Below are positions 22,080 through 33,514 of a stretch of DNA of 54,412 nt, piece by piece (position 1 is the stretch's first letter; the number at the start of each line of letters is the position of its first letter). The notes beneath the pieces were generated by a model, which did no database searches, was not told where the DNA came from, and saw only the letters and a list, made by a program, of their open reading frames with translations. The position numbers and the translations under genes were made by a program. Source of the DNA: Prorocentrum cordatum (lineage: Eukaryota); contig CAUYUJ010000244.1 in assembly GCA_963575745.1 (NCBI GenBank), positions 62,001-116,412 of the forward strand, read 5' to 3'.

Positions 22080-24605
22080 CCGCGCGAGGTTTCTCTGATT
22101 TTGCAGTCGCCTGGGATGCTGAAGGTCCTGCTCCGCGGCGCAGTGTTTCGACGGCTTGAGGCGGACATTGGCGATGAGGTAGGCTTCCACCCAGCGGGCC
22201 TGCTTTGATGTTGTAGCTCGGCACCTCGCCTCACAGAAATACACCACTCAGGAGAAGGGGGTCCTCAGGACCGTTTGTACGGGTGCTTGGTGGACCAGGA
22301 CTTATACTATTTCCAAGGGGTACATGCATTCAGAACTCTGCCCTCTTGGATGTGGGCAACGCGACACTCTCTACCATCGTATCTGGAAATGCCCAGCTGC
22401 ACAGGATACCAGGGAGAGCGCGGTGGACCAGAAGATCTTGGACAGCATCGACGGCTTCGTCGATCATAAGCATGTCCTCTTTGCTGCTACCAGGGGGGGG
22501 GGGGGGCTGCCGCGCCCAGGAGATGATTACCCCGCCCCGTGTACGTCTGGATCCCTAGTGGCCGACTGGTTTGTGGACCCTCCTGATGACAGGACCGAAA
22601 TCCGGGGACAGATATTTGTAGATGGGTCATGCAGCCGCCACATTAGTAAATAGTTAAGCCGTGCTGCGTGGGCCATCATTTTTTTCAAGACGACCAGAGG
22701 CAGTGCAATATTCGGGGGCCTGTGCACGCGCCGCTTCCGCAGACTCCGCAGCGCGCAGAGTTTTCAGCATTCGCTGCGGCCGCCGTGTGCATAGTTGGCC
22801 TCTCAGATGTTTTTTCTGATTACCAGTATGTGATCACCCAGTACGCGGCTAGCCCTGCGGACAGAGTGAGCTTTCGCAAGGTGCATGCAGGCCGCGCGCT
22901 CCGGGCGCACAGCTGCACCAGTCGCTAGCTGACGACAGCCTCACCGACCAAGAGCGTTTTGTGCGACTCGGCAACGACTTCGCCGACAGAGGAGCGAAAG
23001 CTGCTCTCGAATTGCACGAGCGTGACGACGACGCCCTCGACATTCGATGAGCAAGTCAAGTTCGTCTCAGCCTTCTGCCGCCTTGCTACGAAGGTGCTGC
23101 CTCTGTTTCCCCCGCCCAGGGCCGACGGTGAAGTGGAGTATCGACCGATCGGCACAGCCAAGAGCGGTCTTGCAGCTCCAGATGACTGCAGCTATGTTTG
23201 GATTGCTGGTTTATGGCGCTGCAGTAAGTGCTGCCGTGCCACTCGCAAAGCAGACTTCCCGGCTAAACTTATGAGTGCGCCCAGGCCGCCGCGGCGCAGG
23301 TGTGTCGGAGTCGTTTTTGGGCTTCGACCTCGACCTCATAGCTAGTAAGCGCCAGAGCATTGTTTGTTTTTCTTGCTCAGACGGCTCCTCGCTTTTCATT
23401 TGCCTCCACTGCGCCGCTTTCGTCTCAACTGGTTCGCCGCTAACTTACATCGGCAACGGTGCGACGGAACTCGCAATAGCCGCAAGAAGTGGAAATGGAA
23501 CCGCGTCTTGAGAGGTGTCCACACACAGCACGGCAAAGACTCGGTCAGCGCACAGATTGAAGCCAGCGGAGATGATGAGACAGGTGGGCGCACTGGGCCA
23601 GCTCCGCCTCTTCAGCACAGCACGCAGCCACCATCTAACTCAGCTGCTGCTTCGAGCCAGCCAGCCGCAGCAGTGCCGATTGGCACGCTGGATCTCTGTG
23701 GCACTGATATGGGCCCCGCTCGCAAAGACAGCCAAGCCTATCAATTTTTTAATGCTCAGTTTGCGGATTTTGCTGCTGACAGTGAAGCTGCGGACTTTTT
23801 ATTTGCCTCGAGCACTGTCGAGGCCACCGCACCTCCAACCTTGCGCACAGAAGTGCAACCGGTCCTGGAGCCTGCGCACGCCGTACTGTCGCTTCCTGTG
23901 AGCAGTGTAGCCCCACCTCCCGTCCCAGAGCCTCCAGCGTTGTCTGAGCGGGCTGAGCTTCGTCGGGTCACGGAAGCTCTGGGACGTGAGGAAGATGAGG
24001 CCCCGCTCGTGCCCGAACCGTTGCTGACATGGAGTTTTGCCGTGGCCTGCCAACCGTCAACCTGGCGCCACCAGAACCGAAGGGCGAACAGCGCCCAGGC
24101 CGGTACCAGTGCTGACGTCACCGGCCGCTGCGAGCAGTGACGCCCCTCCTCATGTTCCAGAGACTCCTGCTTTGTCTGTCGGGGGAAAGAAGCTCTGGAA
24201 CAAGAAGAAGATGAGGCCCCGCTCGTGCCCGAGCCGTCTCGGGCTTCGGCCTTTCAAGCTAAAGTGCAGCGCCTTTTTAAGAGCTGCGGGAGGGGGGAGT
24301 GGGGGGCGGATTTCGGGCGACTCAGTCTAGCGCCACGGGGTCTCGGCCCCGACGGTGGCTCTAGCGCGTGCCAGATCTGCCCCTCTCCCACTCTCGCGGT
24401 GCTTGCACTGCACTTCCGCGGCCCCGCTGGCGGCCGCCCGCCACGCGGGGCCCACCCGCCCGCGGGTCTCTGGGGGGCAGAACACCCTTTCTGCCCACAC
24501 CCGCGGCATGTGGTGCCAGCAGCGTCTCGCCGCCTCTGCCGGACCCTTTTCACTTGGCCGGCCTTTTCCTGGCCAGGAAGCGGCTGGAGCCCTCTGGGGA
24601 AACAA
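22080..24605 (+). mobile_element. 3' half of a third LINE (Zn finger, RNase H, Cys-rich tail, 3' UTR) ending at (TCC)n
   Basis: CPLGCGQRDTLYHRIWKCP, IFVDGSC, QTPQRAEF, FSDY, LGNDFADRGAK, CSKC, CLHC. GC is visibly lower than upstream; (CCT)n begins at 24606. Confidence 0.75.
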
Positions 24606-25273
24606 TCCTCCTCCTCCTCCTCCTCCTCCTCCTCCTCCTCCTCCTCCTCGTATCCTCGACCACCCCGCGAGGCGTCCTCCCGTTCGGGCAAGCTGGACGA
24701 GCCGCAGGCCTCCGCCGATGCCGACGGCACGCCGTCCACCGCCGCCGACGCTGACCCAGAGGATCTGAGTTGTGATGCCCCAACCAGCCTCCCAGGCTCC
24801 CAGCCTCTCGGGGGCAACGTTGTGGGGGATAGGCTCAGGGGGGGGATGCATCGACCCCGAGTCGCCCATCCATCGCCGATAGGGGCCCCATAGTCCACCC
24901 CGCACAAGAGCGTGCTGGTTCGCTGGCGGGGCCTGCCACCAATGTGTAGGCCAAGCATCGCCCACTCCAGCTCGATGTTTCCCCGTGCGACGGTCCCCCC
25001 ACTTCAAGTCCCCCCCCCAGGATTATGATGTTCCAACCTGCTTCAGCTTTGATCGCCCGAAATAGTTCCGAGCACCAAACTGTACCGAAACTCGGGGGTG
25101 TTCGCGTGTCGGGCCCTGGGAGACACTCGCCCGACATTGCTTGGACTCTTCCGACACTCTTTCGACACTTTTCCGGGTGTTGGAAATTATTTCTGGGATG
25201 TGGTCCTTAAGAACGATGGGAACAACCCAAGATCTAAGAATCCATATTCACACATACTAGATTCACATTATCA

Positions 25274-25432
25274 TGAAGTCGGGCCTGTCCCTCTACAGGA
25301 GGAATATTCAAAAATAGTCACAGAATAGTCTGGGGGCGATGTTTTGAGCATATTGGGATGTTTTGAGTCTTTTTTTAACTACTTTTAATTTTCCGCCCAA
25401 GATCTTCCTGTGGGAGGACACGCCCGACCTAG
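25274..25432 (+). mobile_element. MITE family A, copy 3
   Basis: Both TIRs present; flanks CATTATCA/CACTGACA (5/8). Confidence 0.8.
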
Positions 25433-25469
25433 CACTGACACGAATCGGCGGTGCGCCCCCGGGGGCAGC

Positions 25470-25701
25470 GGAGGAGGAGGGAGGAGGAAGAGGAGGAGCA
25501 GGAGGAGGAGCAGGAGGAGGAGGAGGAGGGAGGAGGAGGAGGAGGAGGAGGAGGAGGAGGAGGAGGAGGAGGAGGTATGATGAAGGAGGAGGCGAAGGCA
25601 GAAGTGAGGAGGTAGAGGAGGTAAGGGATTGTAGTGGAGTCGTGTGTGGTGGAGTTTGGGGGTAGGGAGGAGGAGGAGGAGAGGGAGGGCGAGGAGGACC
25701 G

Positions 25702-25788
<87 letters not shown>

Positions 25789-25943
25789 CTGATGCTGATG
25801 ATGATGATGATGATGATGAGTGATGATGAGTGATGATGATGATGATGATGATGGAAGAGGAGGAGGAGGAGGAGGAGGGGGAGGAGGAGGAGGAGGAGGA
25901 GGAGGAGGAGGAGGAGGAGGAGGAGGAGGAGGGGGGGAGGAGG
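25470..25943. repeat. Compound (GGA)n/(GAT)n microsatellite
   Basis: Read directly from the sequence. Confidence 0.95.
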
Positions 25944-25953
25944 GCGACCCGTA

Positions 25954-26126
25954 CAGTCAACCCGCATAGTAAGGATGGGTGACCTTCCCAAGTGTACGCT
26001 TTCATCCTTGCCTCCTCGGTCCATCCTTGGCCACTCTCGTTGGCCGCGCCCCGCTCGAAAAGCTTCGAGGTGGGCGTCCAAGGCCCTTGCAGCCTTATTG
26101 CGCATCCTCATGATACGATTTGACTG
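25954..26126. mobile_element. Tc1/mariner(pogo)-type MITE family E
   Basis: TA-[CAGTCAA...TTGACTG]-TA; related copies at 30231-30402, 30648-30820 and, more decayed, ~26647-26821. Confidence 0.75.
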
Positions 26127-26128
26127 TA

Positions 26129-26282
26129 CAGTCGGCCCGGAATAGTAGGTCGACCCTGCCAGATCAAGGGTACCCTTGTGTCCTGAGCTTCGCGACCCAC
26201 GTCTTCCTACATTCCTGCGGCAATGTGGCCCTCGGAAGGGTCTCGCGTCCTCTCGCGTGTCCACCCCAATCAATCCCGACTG
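26129..26282. mobile_element. Tc1/mariner-type MITE family G
   Basis: TA-[CAGTCGG...CCGACTG]-TA; related copy at ~33683-33832. Confidence 0.7.
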
Positions 26283-26418
26283 TATCCAGACCCCCACCAT
26301 CTCAGCACCCCCGTGCGGGATGCACCTCCCGAAGCCCGGAGGAGGCAGCCCATGCATAGTAGCCCCACCTCGGGGGCTAAAGCGGCCAGAGGTGCCCAGG
26401 CCTCCCATGGGGGTAGGG

Positions 26419-26576
26419 TTACGTCGGGCCTGTCCCTCTGCAGGGGGAATCTTCAAAAATAATTAAAAAATAGCCTGGGGACTATTTTTTTACTATTTTT
26501 GAGCATTTGGGGAAATGTTTGAGCATTCTTCATTTGTCGCGCAAAATCCCCCTGAAGGGGGACAGGCCCGACCTGA
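26419..26576 (+). mobile_element. MITE family A, copy 4, flanked by a 62-bp direct repeat
   Basis: TIRs intact; 26357-26418 and 26577-26638 are identical at 57/62. Confidence 0.85.
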
Positions 26577-27249
26577 TAGTATCCCCACCTCGGGGGGTAA
26601 GGCGGCCAGAGTTGCCCAGGCCTTCCATGGGGGTAGGGATCGGTGCCCGGTCGAAACCGATGTCAAGGAAGGGTCGCCTTCCTAAGGATACCCATTGCAT
26701 CCGTGCCTCTTTGGTCCATCCTTGACTCGTTTCGATGGCCCGCCGCGCTCGAGAAAGCTTCACCACGGGCGTCCAAGGGGCTTGCATCCTGGTCGCATAT
26801 CCTTACGATCAGCTCTGAATGTACGTGGCCAATTCGCCCACGTAGCGAATTATCGGGCGACGAGAACTATCCGTAAGGGCTTCGCCCCCTGCCGCCGGCC
26901 CCCTACCTTATCATAATGGGATAGATCAGAGTCGCGTCGGTGCGTCTCGGCGCTGCCGTGGCGCATCTGGGAACATCATGCGAGGGCGGATAGGAGCCAT
27001 CAGCGAATCTTGAGACGTTGGCGTTATCGAAGACGCCTACGGCGAATCACCGCCGCCCCCTGCCAATTGGAATCGCCCATGTGGCCGAGCGTTGTGGCAA
27101 GAGCTCTGCAAAGCTATCGGACCGCGTGTTCCCCCAGCCGTTGTAGAAACCCTTCGGGGAACATTTGGGGGAGGATGGCGGGGAAGACCAGGAGGAGGAG
27201 GAGGAGGAGGAGGAGGAGGAGGAGGAGGAGGAGGAGGAGGAGGGGGCAT

Positions 27250-29370
27250 CTTTGGAGCCTCTGGGGGCACCCTTGGGGCCTCCTGGGAGCTTCCTGGGGG
27301 CCTCTTGGAGGCATCTTGGGGGCCTCCCTGGGTCTCTTGGGGGCCTTTGGGGGCTTCTGGGCACGGCCCGTCTGACGCTGTCGGACGCCGTCTTGGGGGC
27401 CTTTCTGGGCCGACGTGGGACCCTCTTGGGGTGCTCTAGGGCAGTCTTGCAGGCCATGGTGGGCGTCATGGAGGCCCCTCGGGGCCGTCTTGGGGCCCTC
27501 TTGGGGGCCCCTTCGGCCGTCATAGGGCCATCTTGGAGGCCTCCTGGCCGATCTTGGGGCGATCTTTGGGGGCTCTTGGGCCATCTCGGGCCGTCGGAAG
27601 ATTGACAATGAGCAAATGCCACAATCATGAACAACCTAACGAACATCCATGAGTTTGGCCTCTCTGGGCCTTCCTGGCTGTCCTCTTGGCGGCCTCTTGG
27701 GCCGTCTTGGCGACCTCTTGGGGGCCTCTTGGACAGTCTTGGGGCCATCTTGGAGCCCTCTTGGGCCGTCTTGGTGGCCTCCTGGCCCGTCGGGCGCCCT
27801 CGGGCGCCGTCTTGGAGGCCACTCTGGGCTGGCGTGGGGCCCTCTTGGGGCGCTTCGGGGCCGTCTTGGAGACCATCGTGGGCGTCTTGGAGGCCCCTCC
27901 CCTCCTCTCACTCCTCCTCCTCCTCCTCCTCCTCCTCCTCCTCCTCCTCCTCCTCCTCCTCCTCCTCCTCCTCCTCCTCCTCCTCTGGGCCGTCTGAGGG
28001 CCGTCTTGGGGGCCTCTTCGGCCGTCGTGGGGGCCATCTTGGAGGCCTCTTGGGCGATCTTGGGGCGATCTTTGGGGCCTCTTGGACCGTCTCGGGCCGT
28101 CGGTAGATTGAAAAGAAGCATCTGCCACAACCTTCAAAAACCTACGTAAGGAAAATCAATGAGTTTGGCCTCTTCGGGCCTTCCTGGAGGCCCTCTTGGA
28201 GGCCTCTTGGACCGTCTTGGCGACCTCTTGGGGGCCTCTTGGGCCGTCTTGGAGACATCTTGGGCCATCTTGATGGCCTCCTGGCCCGTTTGACGCCGTC
28301 GGAAGCCGCCTTGAGGGTCTCTCTGGGCCGACGTGGGACCCTCTTGGGTGCTCCAGGGCAGTCTTGCAGGCCATCTAGAGCGCCTTGGAGGCCTCTTGGG
28401 CCGTCTTGGGGGCCATCTTGGAGGCCTCTTGGGCGATCGTGGGGTGATCTTTGGGGGCTCTTAGGCAGTCTCGGACCGTCGGAAGATTGAAAAGAAGCAA
28501 ATGCCACAATCCTCGACAACCTAACGAACATCCATGAGTTTGGCCTCTCTGGGCCTTCCTGGAGGCCCTCTTGGAGGCCTCTTGGGCCGTCTTGAGACCT
28601 CTTGGGGGCCGTCTTGGTTGCCTCCCGGTCCGTCTGACGCCATCGGAAGCCGTCTTGGAGGCCACTCTGGGCTGGCGTGGGACCCTCTTGGGGCGCTTCA
28701 GGGCCGTCTTGGAGACCATCGTGGGCGTCTTGGATGCCCCTCTTGGGCCGTCGCCGTCTTGGGGGCCTCTTCGACCGTCATAGGGCCAGCTTGGAGGCCT
28801 CTTGGGCGATCTTGGGGCGATCTTTGGGGCTCTTGGGCCGTCTCGGGCCGTCGGTAGATTGAACAGAAGCAAATGCCAGAACCTTCAAAAACCTAATGGA
28901 AATCAATGAGTTTGGCCTGAAGGCCCTCTTGGAGGCCTCTTGGGCCGTCTTGGAAACCTCCTGGGGGCCTCTTGGGCCATCTTGGAGCCATCTTGGGCCA
29001 TCTTGATGACCTCCTGGCCTGTCTGACGCCGTCGGAAGCCGCCTTGAGGGCTCTCTGGGCCGACGTGGGACTCCTCTTGGGGTCCTCCAGGGCAGTGTTG
29101 CAGGCCATCTAGTGCGCCTTGGAGGCCTCTTGGGCCGTCTTTGGGCCATTTTGGATGCCTCTGGGACTGTCTCGGGGCGGTCTTGGGAGCCTCTTGAGCA
29201 GTCGTGGAGCGTCGGAAAGCCGTAAATGCGAGGAGAAGGCCAACATCCTTCAAGAACCGCCGTAACATCGACGATGTTGGCTTCTTGGGGGCTCTCTCGG
29301 GAGCCTCTTGGAGCGCTCTTGGGGCCCTTTTGGGCCGTCTTGGAACTATCTTCGGGCGCCTTGGAGCACT
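27250..29370. repeat. Complex GC-rich satellite (10-11 bp CCTCTTGGGG/GCCGTCTTGG motifs) with higher-order units
   Basis: An AT-richer marker GCCGTCGGWAGATTGA..GCAWMTGCCA..ATGAGTTTGGCCT recurs at ~27590, 28095, 28475 and 28848. Confidence 0.85.
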
Positions 29371-29374
29371 CTTA

Positions 29375-29615
29375 GTCTCGGCAATGCGAATATGGAGTAA
29401 TTTGCAATGGTTTATGGCCTCGGGGACGCGAGTACTGCGTAATTTGCAAGGGCTTGTTGCCTCTGGGACGCAATCATTGCATACTTTGCCTAGGTTGATG
29501 GCCTCGGGGACGCGAATATTGTATAATTTATGAGGGTGTGTGCCTCGGGGACCCGAGAATCCTATATTTGACGAGGGTTTGTGGCCTCTCGGGGGCGCGA
29601 ATCTCGCGTATTTTT
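29375..29615. repeat. ~42-bp minisatellite, about 6 diverged units
   Basis: A GCCTCGGGGACGCG-like core starts at 29416, 29458, 29500, 29541 and 29583. Confidence 0.8.
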
Positions 29616-30164
29616 ACGTGTCCCTCCCCCCGCCCCCCCCCCTGGGAATTCGGCAACGCGATCCAGGCGTGGTGAATTGCCGGTTTGGGGCTCCCCACAC
29701 CTCGCGCGGACTTCAAAGATTTACAGCAGGAAGCAGAAAGCTGGATTGTAACACTGGAGACTTGAAACGGCAAGCGGCGCAGGGAGCAGCAAGCCTCATC
29801 CTCGCAGCCTGGTGGCCCCGCAAGGTGGCCGGCGGACAAGCATCCACTGCCCCTCGGTTGGGCCACGCCTGGGCCCAGGAGCCGTGTCTACGCCACGCTC
29901 CCCTGGCAAAAGCCAGGAGGGCGTGACGTGTATGCACTGGTGCGGGGTTCAGGATGGGGCTGGCCAGGGGGCAGCGGATACGCCCCACATGGTCCGGCTT
30001 GAATAAGGAGCATTTGCTTTTCAGAAGGGGCTCGGTCGTTTTGTTGGTCTGCGTTCCGCTGCTTTGTTGGGCGGCGAGTCCCCCTGGTGTTCCGTCGGAC
30101 TACCCAGAATTGCCTGGAGAAAAAAGGGGCTTCGTTCCTGATTGGTCGTTCCCCCCCCCTTTTC

Positions 30165-30425
30165 TTGAGTCGGGCCCGTCCCTCTACGGCGGGAATATTC
30201 AAAGATGGTCAAAAAATAGTCCGGGGACTACAGTCAACGCGCCTAGTAAGTACGCGCGCCTTCATCTAGGGTACCCTTGTGTCCTTGCCTCTGCGGCCCG
30301 TCCCTGCCATTATCACTGGCCGCCCGCCGCCCAAAAAATCCCAACTTCGGCCTCCAAGGGTCTTGCGTCCTTATCACCCGTCCTTGCTATACGTTTTGAC
30401 TGCATGTTTTGAGTATCTTTTGGGG
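30165..30425 (+). mobile_element. MITE family A, partial copy 5, interrupted by a family E MITE (30231-30402)
   Basis: ...GGGGACTA[CAGTC...GACTG]CA-TGTTTTGAG, after which family A sequence resumes. Confidence 0.7.
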
Positions 30426-30905
30426 CACCGCCGAAGATCCAGAGCCGCGCTCTGCGCCCCACGCTTCTGCCCCCCCGGCCCAAGCGTGCAGCCCGTGCGA
30501 CGCCGACGCCTCGGCGCCAGAGGCGCCCTCCGAGGCCTCGGCGGGGCAGCGCTTCGGTGCCGCCCGCCCGCCTGCCGCGCGGCAGTCTCCGACGCCCCCC
30601 CCCCCCCGATTCCTCGAGCAGCGGCGGAGCGTCCCGGCTCGCCTACACAGTCAGCGCGCCCAGTGAGGACGCGCGCCTTCCTCCAGGGTGCCCTTGCGTC
30701 CCTGCCTCTGCGGCCCGTCCTTCGCCGTGTTCTCACTGGCCGCCCCCCGCCCCCGAAGTCCAACTTCGGCCTCCAAGGGCCTTGCGTCCTTACCTCGCGT
30801 CCTTACTATACGTTTGACTGCAGGCCCACCAAATCATGTGTTCCATCATGTTCCAAGCACTTTTGAAGGTGGTTTGCGCGAACAGTTCTTGGAACATGTC
30901 TTCGC

Positions 30906-31103
30906 AGGCCTAGAGGTTGACACCAACACCAATGTCGGCGGTGTGCCTCCACCGAAGGAAGGAGATCCTGATCTCGGTGATGGTGGTAATATTCTGGCTT
31001 CCCAGGCGGCCGAAATATCACCACCAGCAGCGAAATCTGGGATCATCTCTTCCCCCCGTGGAGGCACCCCCCTGTGTTGGTGTTGGTGCCCATGTCCAGG
31101 CCT
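30906..31103. mobile_element. TIR element family H (~197 bp)
   Basis: AGGCCTAGAGGTTGACACCAACACCAA ... TTGGTGTTGGTGCCCATGTCCAGGCCT; near-full copy at 51148-51343. Confidence 0.75.
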
Positions 31104-31144
31104 CCAATGGCTGGCCGGGACTGCTTTGGTTGAGTGCCTCGGGT

Positions 31145-32722
31145 GCATGGCTGGGGAGACTGCCGGCCGCGCGCGGCGGTCTCCGGCCCCCCCTCCCCGA
31201 TTCCTCAAGCAGTGGCGAAGCGTCCCGGCTCGCCTGTGGGCCCACCACATAGTGTTCTGAGCCCCTTTTGAAGTGGTTCGCGCGAACTGTTCTTGGAAGG
31301 GACTGCTTTGGTTGAATGCCCCGGGCGTATGGCTGGGGAAGCGGCTCCTGTTCAAGGCGTACCCTTTCCTGTGCAAGCTCTTCGGCACCGCCTGCACCCC
31401 GCCCTCCGGCCGCCTGAGGCCCCGCCCGCCCGCGCCCTGTCTCCCCAATTGGTGCTTTGCGCGCCCCGCCTAGCTCTTAACCGGAAGAGGCCCGCTCCTC
31501 CTCCTCCCCCTCCCCCTCCCCCTCCTCCCCCTCCTCCTCCTCCTCCTCCTCCTCCTCCTCCTCGTCCTCCTCCTCCTCCTCCTCCCTCCCGCCTAGCTCT
31601 TAACCGGAAGAGGCCCGCTCCTCCTCCTCCCCCTCCCCCTCCCCCTCCTCCCCCTCCTCCTCCTCCTCCTCCTCCTCCTCCTCCTCGTCCTCCTCCTCCT
31701 CCTCCTCCTACTCCTCCTCCTCCTCGCTCCTCCTCCTCCTCCTCCTCCTCCTCCCCCTCCCCTCCTCCTCTTCCTCCTCCTCCTCCTCCCCCTCCTCCTC
31801 CTCCAAGAGCACCTCCTCCTCCTCCTCCTCCCTCCTCCTCCTCCTCTCCTCCTCCTCCTCCTCCTCCTCCTCCTCCTCCTCCTCCTCCTCCTCCTCCTCC
31901 TCCTCCTCCTCCTCCTCCTCCTACCTCCTCCCTCCTCCTCCTCCTCCTCCTCCTCCTCCTCCTCCTCCTCCTCCTCCTCCTCCTCCTCCTCCTCCCGCTC
32001 TCGACCCGCAGACCAAAAAGTGCATGGCTTGGGAGGCTGCCGGCCGCGCGCGGCGGTCTCCGGCCCCCCCTCCCCGATTCCTCAAGCAGTGGCGAAGCGT
32101 CCCGGCTCGCCTGTGGGCCCACCACATAGTGTTCTGAGCCCCTTTTGAAGTGGTTCGCGCGAACTGCTCTTGGAAGGGACTGCTTTGGTTGAATGCCCCG
32201 GGCGTATGGCTGGGGAAGCGGCTCCTGTCCAAGGCGTACCCTTTCCTGTGCAAGCTCTTCGGCACCGCCTGCACCCCGCGCCCTCCGGCCGCCTGAGGCC
32301 CCGCCCGCCCGCGCCCTGTCTCCCCAATTGGTGCTTTGCGCGCCCCGCCTAGCTCTTAACCGGAAGAGGCCCGCTCCTCCTCCTCCCCCTCCCCCTCCCC
32401 CTCCTCCCCCTCCTCCTCCTCCTCCTCCTCCTCCTCCTCCTCGTCCTCCTCCTCCTCCTCCTCCTACTCCTCCTCCTCCTCTCCTCCTCCTCTCCTCCCC
32501 CTCCTCCTCTCCTCTCCCTCCTCCTCCTCTCCTCCCCCTCCTCCCTCCTCCGCCTCCTCCCCCTCCTACTCCTCCTCTCCTCCTCCCTCCTCCTCCTCCT
32601 CCTCCTCCTCCTCCTCCTCCTCCTCACTCCTCCTCCTCCTCCTCCTCCCCCCCCTTCCTCCTCCCTCCTCCTCCTCCTCCGTCCTCCTCCTCCTCCCCCC
32701 TCTCGACCCGCAGACCAAAAGT
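31145..32722 (+). repeat. Recent tandem duplication (units 31145-32020 and 32021-32722), each ending in a (CCT)n tract
   Basis: The ~350-bp unique parts are near-identical; both units end with TCGACCCGCAGACCAAAA. Confidence 0.9.
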
Positions 32723-32828
32723 TCATGCTTAGAGGGCTGCGGCCGCGCGCGGCAAGCCTCCGACCCCCCTCTCCCTCTTCCGCTCCCCCCCCCCCTGCTC
32801 GCAGGCCCCCTCGCGCCGTGGGCAAGAG

Positions 32829-32990
32829 TGAAGGGAAACTGGGACACACAAATAAATACACACAAATAAAAAGATTCCCCATATTTTCCTATATTTTCTG
32901 GGTTTTTGTCTTCCCCCCCACTTCCCATATTTTCCCATATTTTCTGGGAATCGACGATTAATTGTGTCTGTGTGTTTTTTCCCCTCTTGA
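32829..32990 (+). mobile_element. Element family B, copy 1 (162 bp, TGAAGGG...CCTCTTGA), 5-bp TSD AAGAG
   Basis: AAGAG at 32824-32828 and 32991-32995. Confidence 0.85.
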
Positions 32991-32995
32991 AAGAG

Positions 32996-33326
32996 TTGAG
33001 TCGGGCGTGTCTCAGGAGGGAAAACAAAACACAGACACAATCAATCGTCGACCCCCAGGAAAAAATATGGGAAAATATGGGAAGTGGGCGGGGAGACAAA
33101 AGCCAAGAAAATATGAGAAAATAGGGGGAATCATTTTGTTTGTGGGTATTCATTTGTGTGTCCCAGGGCCCCTTCAGTGTCCCTCTGCAGGGGGAATATT
33201 CAAAAGATAGGCAAACAAATCGTCAGGGGACGGTTTTGGGGACCGTTTTGGAACAGTTTGAACATTTCTGGGGTCTTTTTCATTTCTCGTCCAAGATCCG
33301 CCTGCAGGGGGACCGGCCCGACCTGA
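32996..33326 (+). mobile_element. MITE family A, copy 6, 8-bp TSD GGCAAGAG, left TIR interrupted by element B
   Basis: GGCAAGAG at 32821-32828 and 33327-33334; removing 33012-33181 restores the TIR. Confidence 0.85.
33012..33176 (-). mobile_element. Element family B, copy 2 (165 bp), 5-bp TSD GTGTC
   Basis: GTGTC at 33007-33011 and 33177-33181. Confidence 0.85.
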
Positions 33327-33514
33327 GGCAAGAGTCATGGCGCCAACATCGCAGAGCAGCTTTCGTTCGTCACCAACCCAGGGGCCCCGATTTGCCCTCC
33401 GTTTCCAGGGGGGGGGGGGGGCGGGGGCACATTGAAAAAACACTTGTGGAGCCCGCACACCCCCCCAACCCGGAATTCGGGTCTTCGGGTCGGGTTGGGG
33501 TGGTTTGGCAGGTA

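Noticed and set aside
29375..29615. CRISPR-like appearance (conserved core plus variable part); also 44670-44986
   Set aside because: The variable parts are homologous to each other, the cores are degenerate, there are no cas genes and the context is eukaryotic. These are minisatellites.
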